Below, one piece after another: positions 1 through 13,324 of a DNA stretch of 64,000 nt. Numbering within the stretch: the first letter of the stretch is position 1; the number at the start of each line of letters is the position of its first letter. The notes under the pieces were generated by a model, which was not told where the DNA came from, did no database searches, and saw only the letters and a program-made list of their open reading frames with translations. The position numbers were made by a program, and so were the translations under genes. This DNA comes from Penicillus capitatus (Eukaryota; Plantae; Chlorophyta), in the NCBI GenBank assembly GCA_965649825.1, contig OZ287696.1, forward strand, positions 229,101-293,100. Direction: 5' to 3'.

Positions 1-1219
1 ATCCGACGTATGTTGAGTGGTTTTGTTTTTTTACCTCTGCATCTGTTGTTCTCTTTCCGTCGGATGGCACGTGGAATGGACAGTGTGTTGCATCGGAAGG
101 GATCTCACAGAGTGTCTCAGATTCCATGAACTGCGCCGGGGTCAAGCACAGTGCAAAGAGATTCTGTTTTGTCACGGTGCCAAACGGACACAACGAGGTA
201 AACCTGGTGACATGCGGACCTGCCAATCCAGTCATATCATGCAGCGCATTCGTAGACCAAAGGGAGAGCGACCTGCTCCGAGGTCTGGATTTATATATGG
301 TGCTCGGTTGAAGAACAGGGATGGTTGACTGGTGACGTGATATCTCGGACGAACGATCGTCAGCAATGAAGCAATGTGTGGACTGCCTTCTGGCAAGTCG
401 CCAAGGTCTGCACACAAGGATATATGCAGCTGGGCCTCTAGCACAGGACATGCTCTCAGGTACTCTTCCTACCTTCCACAGAACCTCGAGCGAGGTTATT
501 GGTGACACCGCTTGGCCATTCGCAGGACAGAAAGAAATCCACATCCCCTCCATGAGACTGCACCGACTTTTTCAGCGACGCAATGTCCTGTCCCGTGTAG
601 TAACGTCGATCCAAAGGTTCCTGATCAAAGTGATCTGCATCGTAGATGCCTTCCAAGAATGCAACAGTCAGTCCATTTGGCATCTCGAACTACATGCATG
701 GACAATGATTGCTCTGTCCAATTCTGGATCTATTTGATCAGAACGTACGATGCCGCTTCTTCCTAGGTAATGGACGTTGCTGCTGTTCATCTCTTCCATT
801 TTCTGTATGGCCACATCGCTACCGCGGCCTAAGTTTGAAAAGACAGGAGACATTAAGAGCAGGAGTGAATATTCTGGACGCTGCGTGCCGTAGGCTCCGA
901 GGATATACGTCTGCATCGGCATCTTCTGACTCGAATTCAAGAACTGCACAAACGCGTCGTCGTGGTCATCTTCATCATCTGCCACTACTCCTGACGCCTT
1001 TTCTGTCGTTTCTGTTGAGACAAGGGACGTCACAATGACGTCATGTCTGTTCACCGCGTGTTTACCGTTTTCGGCGAAGAAGTGTCCAACACAAAAGAGA
1101 GCGTCAAAGGGACCATTTCTGTTGTGTACTTTCTCGACGCGTTTAAGGAGTTTATTAAAGTTCCCTCGACATGCTCCAGCAAATAATACACGAACAGACA
1201 ATCCTTGCTCACCCTCCAT
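1..1219 (-). CDS. CWF19L1: CWF19-like protein 1 (Drn1/CWF19L1 family, calcineurin-like phosphoesterase fold); 3' part runs off the window start
   Basis: MEGEQGLSVRVLFAGACRGNFNKLLKRVEKVHNRNGPFDALFCVGHFF; later exons VDFFLSCEWP, IVRPRYHV, FFNRAPYINP, HVTRF; GT-AG introns between exons. Confidence 0.8.
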
Positions 1220-1417
1220 CCTTTGAGAAAAGGACAAAGAGAAAGAGCGAGACGCGAAATGGCTACACGAAACGCATGAACCGACACGCGATGCTGTGAT
1301 GTGACGGATAGACGGACAGCTTGCGATGTGCTGCTTATCGGCGACGTCTCTGCGCCACAGTCGTTGTTGTTGGACACAGAAATAAGGTAAAGGGTCACAA
1401 GAGATCACTTATTTTCC

Positions 1418-3247
1418 CTAAAGGGTGGCGTGGCCATTGACACGACCCAATTCCAACCCTTCGCTTTCATCATGTGTTCGGGCTCTGCCTTTGGCCGTTG
1501 TAAACGATCGCATCGTCTTTAACAGTCTCCTGGTGAGTCCAGGCTGCCCATTCATGATTCCTGGCACAGAGCAGAGATCGTATCCGATCAGAAATGTCGA
1601 TGGACTGCATCAAATCGGAGACTTACGTGTTCGGGCATCAACGCATTCGGATGGACCCCATCCCCAGGCAAACATCCATAGGTAGTTAACGGTTGACAGA
1701 ATGACGAGCCCAGCAGCAGAGAACCGAATTTCCCAACGTCCATCGGGCGATTCAGAGTCCGCTTGTGCATTCCAGTTCTCCAGAAATCGAGTGGTGTTGA
1801 TAATGTACGTAAAGGATGGAAGGCAAGCTAGAGCGATAAACATGGAACGGACGCTTTCTCCCGGTTGACCAAAAACGGAAAGGATTCCAAACACCACGAT
1901 CATGATTTCGAGACAGATCTCCACCCACAGTCCATCGTACCTATCCCTTCCTTCAATTCCCATATTCAGTAGAGAAGTGGATATTACCAACTGCATGTGG
2001 GATCATGCCTCTTGCAGACTTCGTCTTGAACGGAGCTCAGTCCGATACCAAAGATGACGACGCCTAGGAGACCCGTAAAGCTGAGCATGGCTCTGAAGGA
2101 TCTCGTCCTCTCCGGTGCAGGAGACTTCCATGAGAAATGCAAACAGCCTACAACGTGAAAGAGTGAGATGTCTGTGCATAATAGGGACGCGGGACTGACC
2201 CATTGAGATCACTAGAAAGGCACCGGCAGCGACGATGAGAGAGCTCCCGATGACTGTTCCCACAGAGTCATACGTTTCGTAGGCGCTCTCCTGGTTTTTC
2301 AGATAGAAGAAATCGGTACGTGCTGTGTTGGCCACACGAAGGAAGACGGAGACGGGAATGGATACTAAGACGCAGTAGGCTGCCAGGACTTCAAACGTTC
2401 TTGACAGTCCCATGGCCAGAATGTACATCAGAAAGAAGAGCATGGACTGGCCCAGTGCCCACCACTGAGGTTTTAGCTCGGGACATGTCTCCTTGTCCAT
2501 GCATTCTTTGAGCCAGGCTGAGAAATTCAAAATCCATCCCGTCACGCCCAATCCAAGACCCGCAATACCCATTCCAAGTGCAAGCAGATCACGAGAGGCG
2601 CAGCACGTCATTGGCGCATTGGATGATGCACTGTAGCCATCGGACATCGATGAGACATCCGATTGTGAATCCCAATCGATCTTGTCGTCGACAGGATCAT
2701 CTTCAGGAACAATCTCTGTCGATGCAGAAACACCCGTGTGTGCATCGAGCTTGTCTTTTGTCAATCTGCCAGCAGAGAGATCACGAGAGATGCATCGTGA
2801 GGGTGTCTTCTCTACTTGTTCGTGGGAATGGGCATTCGGCTGGATCTGAATCGCAATCCGATTGAGAAGATGAATCCGAGATTGCATCCAGCGAGGAGCA
2901 TCAGGACATAGGAGACGGTAGGGTCGACAGAGTTGGAGAGGACACCTTGTGTGGCTACTGTTGAGCCAATGATTCCCAGCAACGACAGACGTCCTTCGCT
3001 GAAGCGATTCAGCCACAGTTCCACAATGACATAGTAGCAGAGGCCAATCGTTTCCAGACTGAAAAGCCACCAACAGATGTCTGAGTGAGCCACAGTGCGC
3101 TGCGTCTGGCAAAGCACAGCTTGTCTGTCTCTTGAGATTGATGTGACAGCAGGGACAAACCAGAAGGACAGCTAGACAGATGTTCAGAAAAAAGGCGATG
3201 AAGAAGAAACAGAGTCTCAGCCAGTAGAGATAGGACGCTTTCAGCAT
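1418..3247 (-). CDS. Polytopic membrane protein with three tandem ~4-TM repeats, LCI1-like
   Basis: Five exons joined in frame by GT-AG introns (four of ~47-55 nt, the last somewhat longer); each repeat has TM1, then (W)W-x4-5-E/Q TM2, TM3, and AG-x4-7-N/A-x-L-x-F-x2-G TM4; stop TAG at 1418. Confidence 0.7.
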
Positions 3248-3436
3248 TGTGCCGTTGATGTTTGTTGGGTAAGGCTCTCTCGCGGCTGTTTCGACACCGA
3301 CGGAATCCGTCGCTCGTGTTGTTCTCGGTGTCTGATTGCCACAGCGCGACGAGACGGGCGGCGTTAACTGACAGCGATGATGATGATGATCATCCGAATC
3401 AAAATCAGCACCGATCCATAAACACTTTGGTGTTCT

Positions 3437-3844
3437 CTACTGCCTCGAGTTCCAAATTAAGAAGGCAATGAAACCGGCATTGAAAAACAACAACGTCCAA
3501 TTCTTGACTGTCGGTGCCCAGTGCGATGGCTTCTTGCGGTGCAAGGTGCGCAGGTGACGGGCATCCACTTTCCCACTCTTGATATCGTCATACAGCTTGT
3601 TCTGCAGTTTGAGGAGTCGACGCAGATTCTCGTTCGGTATCGCCAAATCTGGATATTCTTCGGCAGATCTGTCGACGGGAGATGGAAGAAAAGGAAAGAA
3701 AGCGGTGTGCTACTCATAATAGGGGCAGATTTTTTCGAGTTTCGGTTCCCGTGATCTCCATCTCTGTACAAAGCGAATGGTCGATGTGGTTTTGTCCCAC
3801 AGATGCGCTGCCCATTTTACGTCGCGTTTCTGGGTGTCGTGCAT
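3437..3844 (-). CDS. Small hypothetical protein with C-terminal TM helix (tail-anchored-like)
   Basis: Spliced model MHDTQKRD|RWRSREPKLEKICPYYE|SAEEYPDLAIPNENLRRLLKLQNKLYDD...WTLLFFNAGFIAFLIWNSRQ*; start uncertain. Confidence 0.45.
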
Positions 3845-4061
3845 CGAGGACTGGCTGGCTGGCTGGCTATCAATGGTTGCATCACGTCACATCTCCCTTT
3901 GAGCAAAAATCCGTCTCGTCTCAGAGTGGTTGGGTCGTTCGAACGGAGTGCACTCTTTATCGATTTTGAGTGTGCGTCACTTTTGCTCTGAAACGGCCAC
4001 AAGTGTTTGGCCCTGCATCGACGACGTCTTTTCGGTTATCAGCGCAGAACAGAGTGGCAAT

Positions 4062-6087
4062 ATGGTCGATCCTCATGCGTTCATGGACGCATTGCGCGAA
4101 TTTCACCACAGTCAAGGGGAAGACCTCAAGGTACAGGACACCATGCATCTCGTTGTTCAGCCCACGAGCGACTCTATCGCGATTGGCTCACGCTTCGCGG
4201 ATTTCTTGATGGTAACATGTCTAACCGGTGATGCCAAGAACGACGCGGCGCGGGCCTACCAAACAATCAGGCGGCGATGATGACGACAGACGGGACCTGT
4301 CGGTGGACAGAAGTCGACTAGCGACCGCCCCTTCGCTCATACGACATTGCAGTCCGTTTCAGACGCGTGACTCGTACTGTCATCTGCTGACCGACTTCAG
4401 CGGCATTCGCTGCTGCAGCTTCTCGTCAGCGACTCATCGTTCTCTTTGAGACAGGCACCGATCTTCAACCGCCGCGTGATGGATCTCGAAAAGCTCTGGG
4501 AACTCGTCTTTGCTCATGGTGGCTCTGCGCAGGTAAAATGAGAGAGCGTTGCGTCATCCAAGCGATGCTGATGGTTGTCCCACGCTGTCCAGGTGTGTCT
4601 TAAGAAGCGTTGGGCATCTATTGGTCGTTGTTTCAATCCTCCTCCCTCCATGACAAACCTCTCTTTTCATATCAAGCGTATCTTTGAGAGATACCTGCTA
4701 CCATTCGAACAGGCAATGTCCCATCGGAGACGGTCCTTCTGTTGAAGGAGATGATGTGCTCGGCAGTTGCATTTTCCGGATCGGGCGATGAAGGCGAGTG
4801 CAGATCGGTCGTGTGACAGTTCTTCCTCCTCTTCGGCGGCTTCTTCATTATCGGCCTCCTGTTCTTCCCCTCCGGCAACGAAATCTGTGGAAACGGTGTC
4901 GCCCGCTTTCGATCAGCCGACGTATATCCCCAAGAAGAAACGATCGAAGCTCTCCAGGGACAGCCGTTACGGACAGAAAAAACAAAAGGCATGCGGATTG
5001 GACGGCAAGCATAAGACCAAACGAACGTTCTTTGGAAAAACCATTAATCCTAAAGTATTGTCGGATGTTGCATCCACTTCTCCCTCCTGAAATATACAAC
5101 TAGGAGTTTGCCATGCCACAGACGCTCGTACGCACGAGCACTGCATTGAATGTGGATGACTGTGAGATTCAGGCCGCCAGTGCCCTGCAACAAATGAAAG
5201 GAGTTCCATCGTTAACAACCGCCAGCACGATCACCAGCAGTAACGCAACGACCAATGGGCTACCACCCGTCATTGGTCCACCAAGTATCTCGCTCCCAAC
5301 CGTCATTATGTTCTTGATTATGTTTACAGGTTTTTTGGAGATGGGAAGTGGGTACAGACATGCAGAATGCATGCCCGCTCTTAGACCATTAGAGAGCCCT
5401 CGATTTGATCAAAGTTTTTTGTCCTCGGCGCCGGTTCACGATACCCTTCAGAGAACGCTCGTTGCCGATACCGCCGCCACAGCAACGAGCGACATCTATC
5501 TATCAAATGGGATTCGTGTTATCCCGATAAAGGTAACGAGACGCCAGCAGAGAACGCACGTACGTACTGACCCACTGACTGTTTAGCCGGTTCCTGATGG
5601 TTTTTTTCCGATTAGTATTGAGAGACCGACTCCTGAACTGAGACCAACGTCACTAGTTGTAAGTGATGCCATCTGTCTAGGAACACACCGTGGCACCTGC
5701 TTGGATGGATGTCTACAGATTCCGCCATCCATGTCACACGTCGAGATGACACCCAACATGAGTATCGTTGAAGATACAAAAACGAAAGAAATCGAAAGAC
5801 TTCGAAAACAGGTCCAGCACATGCAGTCCGTCATCCTGAGACAAGAATCAAAGATCCAGGTCCAGATGGACACCGTTTTGGACATATCCCGTGATGCCTT
5901 TTGTAACTAGGCTGCGGAATCATCCTATGTGGAATGCAAGAATTGTTTCCAGGCCATCGTTGCTCAGATGCAGCCTGCATCGGTCCCGATGCAATCGAAT
6001 GAATTAAGACCCTCTCAAACGCAACCACCATCGCTGCTGCCGCCGACGCAAGACATCCACTCGACGGGCATTACGGACCCCAATTAA
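4062..6087 (+). CDS. ARID/BRIGHT DNA-binding domain protein
   Basis: PPIFNRRVMDLEKLWELVFAHGGSAQ|VCLKKRWASIGRCFNPPPSMTNLSFHIKRIFERYLLPFEQ is an ARID consensus; low-complexity middle, short C-terminal coiled coil; multi-exon. Confidence 0.8.
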
Positions 6088-6261
6088 CAAACACGCCGAC
6101 GGATGATTGAGTAGGCTTCGTCGTTTAGCTCGCAACTTCTCTTCCCGACGCGATTTTGTAAAGTCACATCATTTAACGGGCCTGCATGACTGAAAAGACG
6201 CTTACCCCTTGCAGTCAGTGAACATTCGCGTGGTTGTCAGTCACAAGACTCTACTACAACA

Positions 6262-7942
6262 ATGTCGGTCGACGCTCTCACAGCCGATATGGGCAGCAAG
6301 GCGGCCATCTCAGCCGAATACGTTTGCAAACCGCATTTAGGTATGTTCGTTCGCCTCTCTGGGCGCAGGGCCCGAGGCATGACGACGTTTAGAGTACCGC
6401 ACCATTGGGGGCGTGAGTGGCCCTCTGGTGGTCGTTGAATTTGTGAAGCACCCAAAGTACGCGGAGATTGTCAATCTGCGTTTGGGCGACGGGTCTGAGC
6501 GTCGTGGACAAGTCTTGGAGATCGATGGCAACCGCGCCGTCGTGCAGGTCTTCGAGGGCACGTCTGGAATCGATAACCGCAAAACGACGCTCGAATTCAC
6601 GGGCGAAGTGCTGAGGGCGCCTGTGTCGGTGGACATGTTGGGTCGCGTCTTCAACGGCTCCGGAAAACCGATCGACGGCGGTCCTCCTGTCTTGGCCGAG
6701 GCCTACCTCGATATCCAGGGATCCTCTATCAACCCATCCGAACGTACATACCCCGAAGAGATGATTCAGACGGGGATTTCGACCATCGATGTCATGAACT
6801 CCATTGCTCGTGGACAGAAGATTCCACTGTTCTCTGCTGCCGGTCTACCCCACAATGATATTGCAGCGCAGATCTGTCGCCAGGCAGGCCTCGTGAAACG
6901 AGAAGGTAACGATAGGACTGCCTCGTGATCACGAGGAGACGCCGTTGACTGTGGGTCGATCACAGGTGTCGATGCCGAATCTGAGAAATTTGCCATCGTC
7001 TTCGCCGCCATGGGTGTGAACATGGAGACATCTCACTATTTCAAACGCGTAGGCCGTCATATCTGTTGCTGCTGCATGTGTGACCTCTGTGGAACAGGAC
7101 TTTGAGGAGAATGGATCTATGGAAAGGACGGTTCTGTTCTTGAACTTGGCCAATGATCCGACCATTGAAAGAATCATCACGCCTAGAATTGCATTGACGA
7201 CGGCCGAATACCTTGCCTATGAAAAAGGTGACCTCCCGATCGCCATGTGCCGCGCATCTAAGCGCCTCGGTGTGTTGTAGGGATGCATGTGTTGGTCATC
7301 TTGACAGACATGAGTTCTTATGCCGATGCTTTGCGTGAAGTGTCGGCTGCCAGAGAGGAAGTGCCAGGTCGCCGTGGGTACCCTGGATACATGTATACCG
7401 ATCTGGCGACGATTTACGAAAGAGCCGGACGTATCTCTGGCAGAAGCGGTTCCATCACGCAGCTGCCCATCTTGACCATGCCAAACGATGACATCACACA
7501 TCCCATTCCCGATTTGACAGGGTATATCACAGAAGGACAGATCTATGTGGATCGTCAGCTTCACAACAAACAAGTCAATCCTCCGATCAACGTCTTGCCA
7601 TCTCTATCGCGTTTGATGAAATCGGCTATCGGCGAAGGTATGACGCGCAGAGATCACTCTGAGGTGTCCAATCAGCTCTATGCAAACTACGCCATCGGCA
7701 AAGACGTGGCAGCCATGAAAGCTGTCGTGGGAGAAGAGGCGTTGTCAGATGAAGACAAGCTCTATCTCGAGTTCTTGGATAAATTTGAACGCAAATTCGT
7801 TTCACAAGGCAGTTATGAAGCCAGAGATGTGTACCAGTCATTGGATCTGGCCTGGTCTCTGTTGAGAATCTTCCCCAAGGAGCTTCTCAGACGTGTGACG
7901 CCAAAGACCATTGAAGAGTTCTATGATCGAAAAGACGACTAA
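6262..7942 (+). CDS. VHA-B: V-type H+-ATPase subunit B
   Basis: [75 protein letters not shown]; four GT-AG introns. Confidence 0.98.
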
Positions 7943-8422
7943 TTGACAGTAGTATCTTTGCTCAGACTCCTTTTTCCCTCGAGGCGATTCGATTCGATTA
8001 TTCTGTTCTTTTGTGACATTTAAGAATTCAGTTATTGATTGAAGATAACTGTGTTCGAAAGCATTATTTGCTTTAAAGAGAATTCAAAGAGCTTATCGCA
8101 TCGCATCGTAGAGAATCGATCCACATGCATACAGGATAGCAGTTCGGTGCCATCTATCTTCACCCCTTTGCAGACACAAGCCAATGGCAAGCAGAGCAAC
8201 AGTATTCTAGCCAAAAGGTTCCTATCCAACCCATCTGATCAGGGTCTAAGAAAACGGATCAGAATATACAAAGCAAAAACTCTATCACCATCTGTCTGTC
8301 GTCTCTTCGTTCGTCCAGTACTGCTGAGCAATGCGCAGAGAGTGCGTGTGCGTCATCAATCAAAACATTCCTGAGTTGGAATGGATTGGTAAGAATAGAA
8401 AATGGAAAATCGTTGGCATCCG

Positions 8423-10706
8423 TTAACCCTTGAAGCATTCGGCCGATAAGGATGCTTCCGATTCTGTTTCGTCCAGATCTGAAAAATCGCCTGCGTCGGC
8501 AAAGTGTGTTTGTCTTAGACACACATTCCCTGCTGTCACAGCAACGATGGTTGCCCATGTCCACACATTTCTGGACAGCTCAACACCACCCTTGGCTGCA
8601 GCAGATACTCCTGCGAAGACAGACAACGTGTGTCATCGTCAACGATTGGCAGATGAAAGGTACCTGAACGAACGCCGCCCCAGATGTTGTCTCTTCCTTT
8701 GCGTGCCCATTGAAGCGGGTTCCGCCCTCGATGTTCTCCAAGTCTATGAGCGGATCCACGAACGCTGTCGTAGTCGTCGGATGTGGGTGGAGAACTGATG
8801 GAACTGGATCCTCCGTAGTCATACGAATCGATTTGGGTGATTGAAGTGTTGTAGTGGCTTGAGGACTGAAAGGCGTCAATGGCAGGGTCCTCTGCTGTCG
8901 CACTGTCCGTGGATTCGGACGGCAATGCATGATCGGATGATCCTGGACTCCATTGCGCCGAACTTCGCCGATGGTCACGGTTTTTCTACACAACAGGTCA
9001 TCTCAGCAGGAATGCTGTGATATGGACGAAAAACAGGACCAGTCTCTGAAGTCCACTGCCGAGGATGACAGGACCTGAGACAACGGACTGTGGAAGGGCA
9101 GATATGCCCTTGCCGAAAGAACGATCTCGTGAATCACACTCTAGTTGCCGTCTTGCAAAACGGCCTCCTCCTTCGCTTGCCAGATGTTCGCCGTTTCCAC
9201 GAGTCACAACGCGTCGTTGGTAATGAGGTGTGAAATGGAAGGCAGAAATGGAATCGGTGCGGTGGCGAGTGGCGTGAGGTAAAACAAGTGTTCTTGACAG
9301 ATCTCTGGGCTGTTTGGATGGTGACACCCTCCATTGTGATGTGACGTTAAGCGGCGGGGCTGATGGCCCCTCTGGTGATATAGGCATATCATCATCGTCC
9401 ACAGGAACGATCTCATTCATTTCGCCTCCTCTTGTTAATGCCGCCTAAAAAGAGTGAGCAGGTGATGATGGTAATGGATGGATATACCTCAAGAGATGCA
9501 TTTTGGGCTTCTTCTTTTCTCTCTTCTTCTGCGAGAAGTTCCTCAAGTGCCGTTCCTTCCGCACGAGTGCTGGCACAGACATTCCATAGCTTCTTAAATT
9601 TTTCTTCGGCCTAAAGAACAGAGCGTAGATGGATGGGGAATTGTGGAGGGTGTTCTGCAGACATGTCGTTTTTCTTCTGCAAGTTGTGTCGTTCTTTGCT
9701 TCCAGACAAGATTCTCTTGCTGGGACTTCTTGAACAGAATCCGTTGCTGGTCGACAGCGGCCATTGCCTGTTGGCAAGCCAACTCTGCCCTTCTCCTGAA
9801 CACCACGTATGATGCATCCATCACAGTACTTAAGAACCAAAACCCCATACCGTGCAATCTCTAGCTTTGCAACCTTGGACTCTGCATCGAGATGCGCTTT
9901 GTGTGCATCCGTCTTACTCTTCTTTTCTTCATTCAGCTCTTTGGCAAAGCGCTCCTCCATATCCCGCATCTGCTGCTGTGCTTGTCTCAGGCTCTTCTCC
10001 AACTGCACATGCATACACGCATCGCCATATCAATTGTCGTTTCAACACCAGCGATGTGACGGACTTTGTCGATGAGATCCGTCTGCTGCGAAATCTGTTG
10101 TCCTTGGCGATGAGCCAGCGCTTCAAATTTGTCTCTAGAGAAGACCATTGGCAGATCAGAATGATCTTTGACTTCCCTGCCTGTCTGCTTCAGAAACGTC
10201 GAGTCTCTCCCTGACCTGACACGCATACATATGTTCTTGATTTTGCTGCGCCCTTTCACGCTCAGCCGTTTGTCGATACTCAGCAAAGACTTCCTGAATC
10301 CTGTAACTCTCTCCTGTCTCAGATGACCCGTCCTCCGTGTGAGAATGGCAGGTACTTTTTGAACGTCTTGTCGACATCGCTGTCAAAATTGCAGTGCACA
10401 CCGAGTTTCTGACAGAGCTTCTGCAGCTCGCCGAACACCAGGCCATACTTCTCGACTGTTCGTATCAGTCCAGTCACATTAGCAGACGCTTCGTGCCCTT
10501 CTAGCACTAGCAGGACGATCACACGTTCAACACCGAGACACCATCTCCCGTGCACAACCTGGCATGTCCATCCGATCTTCAGTCTCTCGGGACGGCATGC
10601 CATTCTTCTCAGGCGACGGATCAGCGTCGGCCTCCGTCGGCGTCTCGAGCAGTTGAGGTGTTCTGTCCCCGGACATCGGAGGAGAGTCCCCAAGCGACGT
10701 TGCCAT
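8423..10706 (-). CDS. Hypothetical coiled-coil protein
   Basis: MATSLGDSPPMSG... start; exons with heptad-rich segments (LEKSLRQAQQQMRDMEERFAKELNEEKK; RRRAELACQQAMAAVDQQR); no family recognised, 3' end approximate. Confidence 0.6.
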
Positions 10707-10953
10707 TATGATAGATCACGTTATCTTATGTCTTATGAGCAGCACTCGACGGTGGATCGGACGCTGCCGATGTTCAACGGCGAATACGAAATCACTGACG
10801 CCGTCGACGACGTCCTTGTGCAATAAGGCCCTCGATGCACCAAACGACTGTCCGTCAGCGAAGGCACCGCGCGCGGCTGAGGAATGCTCGGTCGCACAAT
10901 GGAAAACAATTTCGTGCCTTAATTGACCCATCCGATACGCCAAGGCAAAAGAA

Positions 10954-13258
10954 TCAAGGCCAATCTCCCGAATAGTAACTGTTTGGCATCCCCAGCCAGA
11001 ATTTCAATCTCTCCAGTCCCAGATTCGTCTGGTCACCACGACACTCCTGTTCGAGACGACGCAGCATCTCACGATACTTGCTCAGATCGATCCTCTTGTC
11101 GAGCAGCTCCGTCGCTCTCAGGATCTTTAAAGCATGTGACAAGTCGCGCTTCATAATGCAGCTCCTGAGAAGTGTATCCAGCATGGCGCTGTCTGGATGT
11201 CCGCCCATGTTACAGAACCATCGGAATTTTGTAATGGCGGCGGACAGATCTCCTCGTTTGGTATAGCCTTGGATGATGGCACCGAAGGCTTCGACGGGAA
11301 TCGATTGTTTTCTTTTCTGAGCGCACTGCACAGCGCCTCGCAACATCTCTTCTGCCTCTTCCATCAGACCCGCTTTGGCCTGAATGGATACCATGGCATT
11401 CCAGCACACGACATCTACTTCGATCGATGGCGTATTCTGCATCGTCTCGAAAATCCGGCGGCATTTTCTGATGTTACCGGATCGCTGTGCTGCTTTGAGC
11501 AGACAGGTATAGGAGACGGTATCTGGTGAGAAGCCTAACTGAATCATGGCATCAAAAAGCGACTGCACAGATGCGTCGCTGTTTTCTGTACGCATCATCT
11601 TTGTCAGGAGGGTGTTCATCGTGTCCACTCTGGGTCTGATGTGACGTTTCTTCATCTCTTCCAAAAGCTGAATGATGTGATCTTTGGATCCTTCGCCTTC
11701 AGCAGCGTAGCCTTTTAGCAGTGTGTTGTACAGAATGCTGTTTGGTCGTAGTCCTGAACGGATCAGGGTATCAAACTGTTCACGGGCCATATCCAGTCTC
11801 CCTTCCTCCACATAAGCATCCATCAACACACCGAATGTTACCTACAGACAAGATCGTGAGGATTTTGCCCCTCACGAAGTAGGTCACTTCGTTTGGCTTT
11901 CCTCCCTGCGACTGGAAATCTCCAAGAAGACGGAGCGCTTCGTCGATCTGTTTTCGCTTTGTATATCCCTTCATCAGTGCCGTGTATGACCAAACATCTG
12001 GTCGGCATCCTTGACTGAGTGGTGGGTGCAAACGCTTCGAATCGAGATGGACGTCTTTGTATGACCATACCTGATGGTGTCCTTGAGCATTTTTTCGCCG
12101 TCCTCCACACGATCGCAGAGGACAAATCCCTGGATGAGCGTATTGTATGTGATTCTGACTGGAAGAATGCCAGACTGTTTCATTTCTTCGTAACACTTTA
12201 TCGCTCGTTTCATGTCTCTCAGTTTGCAATAGCCCTATTGTCCAGATCCATAAACAGTCGTCAACGGTGTCGAACACGGACGGACTTTGATCAGTACATT
12301 GTAGAAGCGCCCGTCTGGCCGAAATCCTTTCTTTCTCATAATCGGCATGAGCTTTTCGGCTTCTTCCATTTTGCCAAGGGCCACACATGTACCACATCCT
12401 GAAGCGGCATCATCGATCGACACTGGGCAGTTGCTGCAGGATGTCGACCTGCTTGGAAGAGTGCGGCATCGAGAGGGCAGTTTGTATTCTTGGCTTCATT
12501 CCAGATTTCATAGGCGGTCAAATGACTTCGACTTCCTCTTCGTTTGTCGTGCAAGAGTCCATTCAAGATCACACTGTAGGTCACTGCATTCAAAGAATAT
12601 CCACTCTCTTTGATATCTCTGTACAATTTAATGCCAAAGCTGTAGGCATCCGCCTGACCCAAACCATTCCTCCAGTCCTGTCTCGATCGTCAAAGTGGAT
12701 CTACCTTAAATGCAAACTGAATAAGGAAATGAAAAGTGCGATAATTCAATGCATAGCGCTGATCCCCCAGTCTGCCATACAGCTGCATCGCTCTTCCAAA
12801 GAATTGCTGAGAACAGAGACCTGTCACATCATTGACCCATGCATGCTCCATGTTCAGCACGCGTGTATCCAGTATCCACCTTGGAATAACGGATTCAGTA
12901 TAGCAGTGTCGATCACAGTCTCTGTATCCATCAGGACTTGAGCTGTCTGGAAAGCTCTCGGCCAGTTCTCCTGTCGAATGTCTTCCGAGAGCGAGTGCAT
13001 GAAACCGACCGTCCTGCCTGTCTGATGTACAGGAATCTGGTTTTGATTGTCTGCAAATGGCGAGGCAGATTCGACAATGCTGCCCACAAACGGAGAGCAC
13101 TCTTCTTTCTCTCTCCCTCTTGTCCATCTCGCTTTGGGACGTGAGGGTCGACGTGGAACAGAGCTTGAGGATGATGCCGATGCTGTTGTCACACTCTTGC
13201 GTCCATTCTCATGATCTCCAGGTGCCGTTCCTGGACGCAGAGATACACACAGAAACAT
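10954..13258 (-). CDS. P-type pentatricopeptide repeat protein, HCF152/PPR1-like, probably plastid-targeted
   Basis: Many PPR motifs (PNSILYNTLLKGYA, PDTVSYTCLLKA, PDVWSYTALMKGY, PVRITYNTLIQGF); C-terminal LERLKFWLGMPNSYYSGDWP resembles the HCF152 tail; Ser/Arg-rich N-terminus; start uncertain. Confidence 0.9.
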
Positions 13259-13324
13259 TCACAGAACGCGCAATGATTCGCGTCATCCACATCAGTTCAA
13301 CGTGATTGGCCAGATTTCTTAAAC

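Noticed and set aside
10716-10943. 75-aa minus ORF between the PPR stop and the next gene start
   Set aside because: No motif or splice support; most likely UTR sequence
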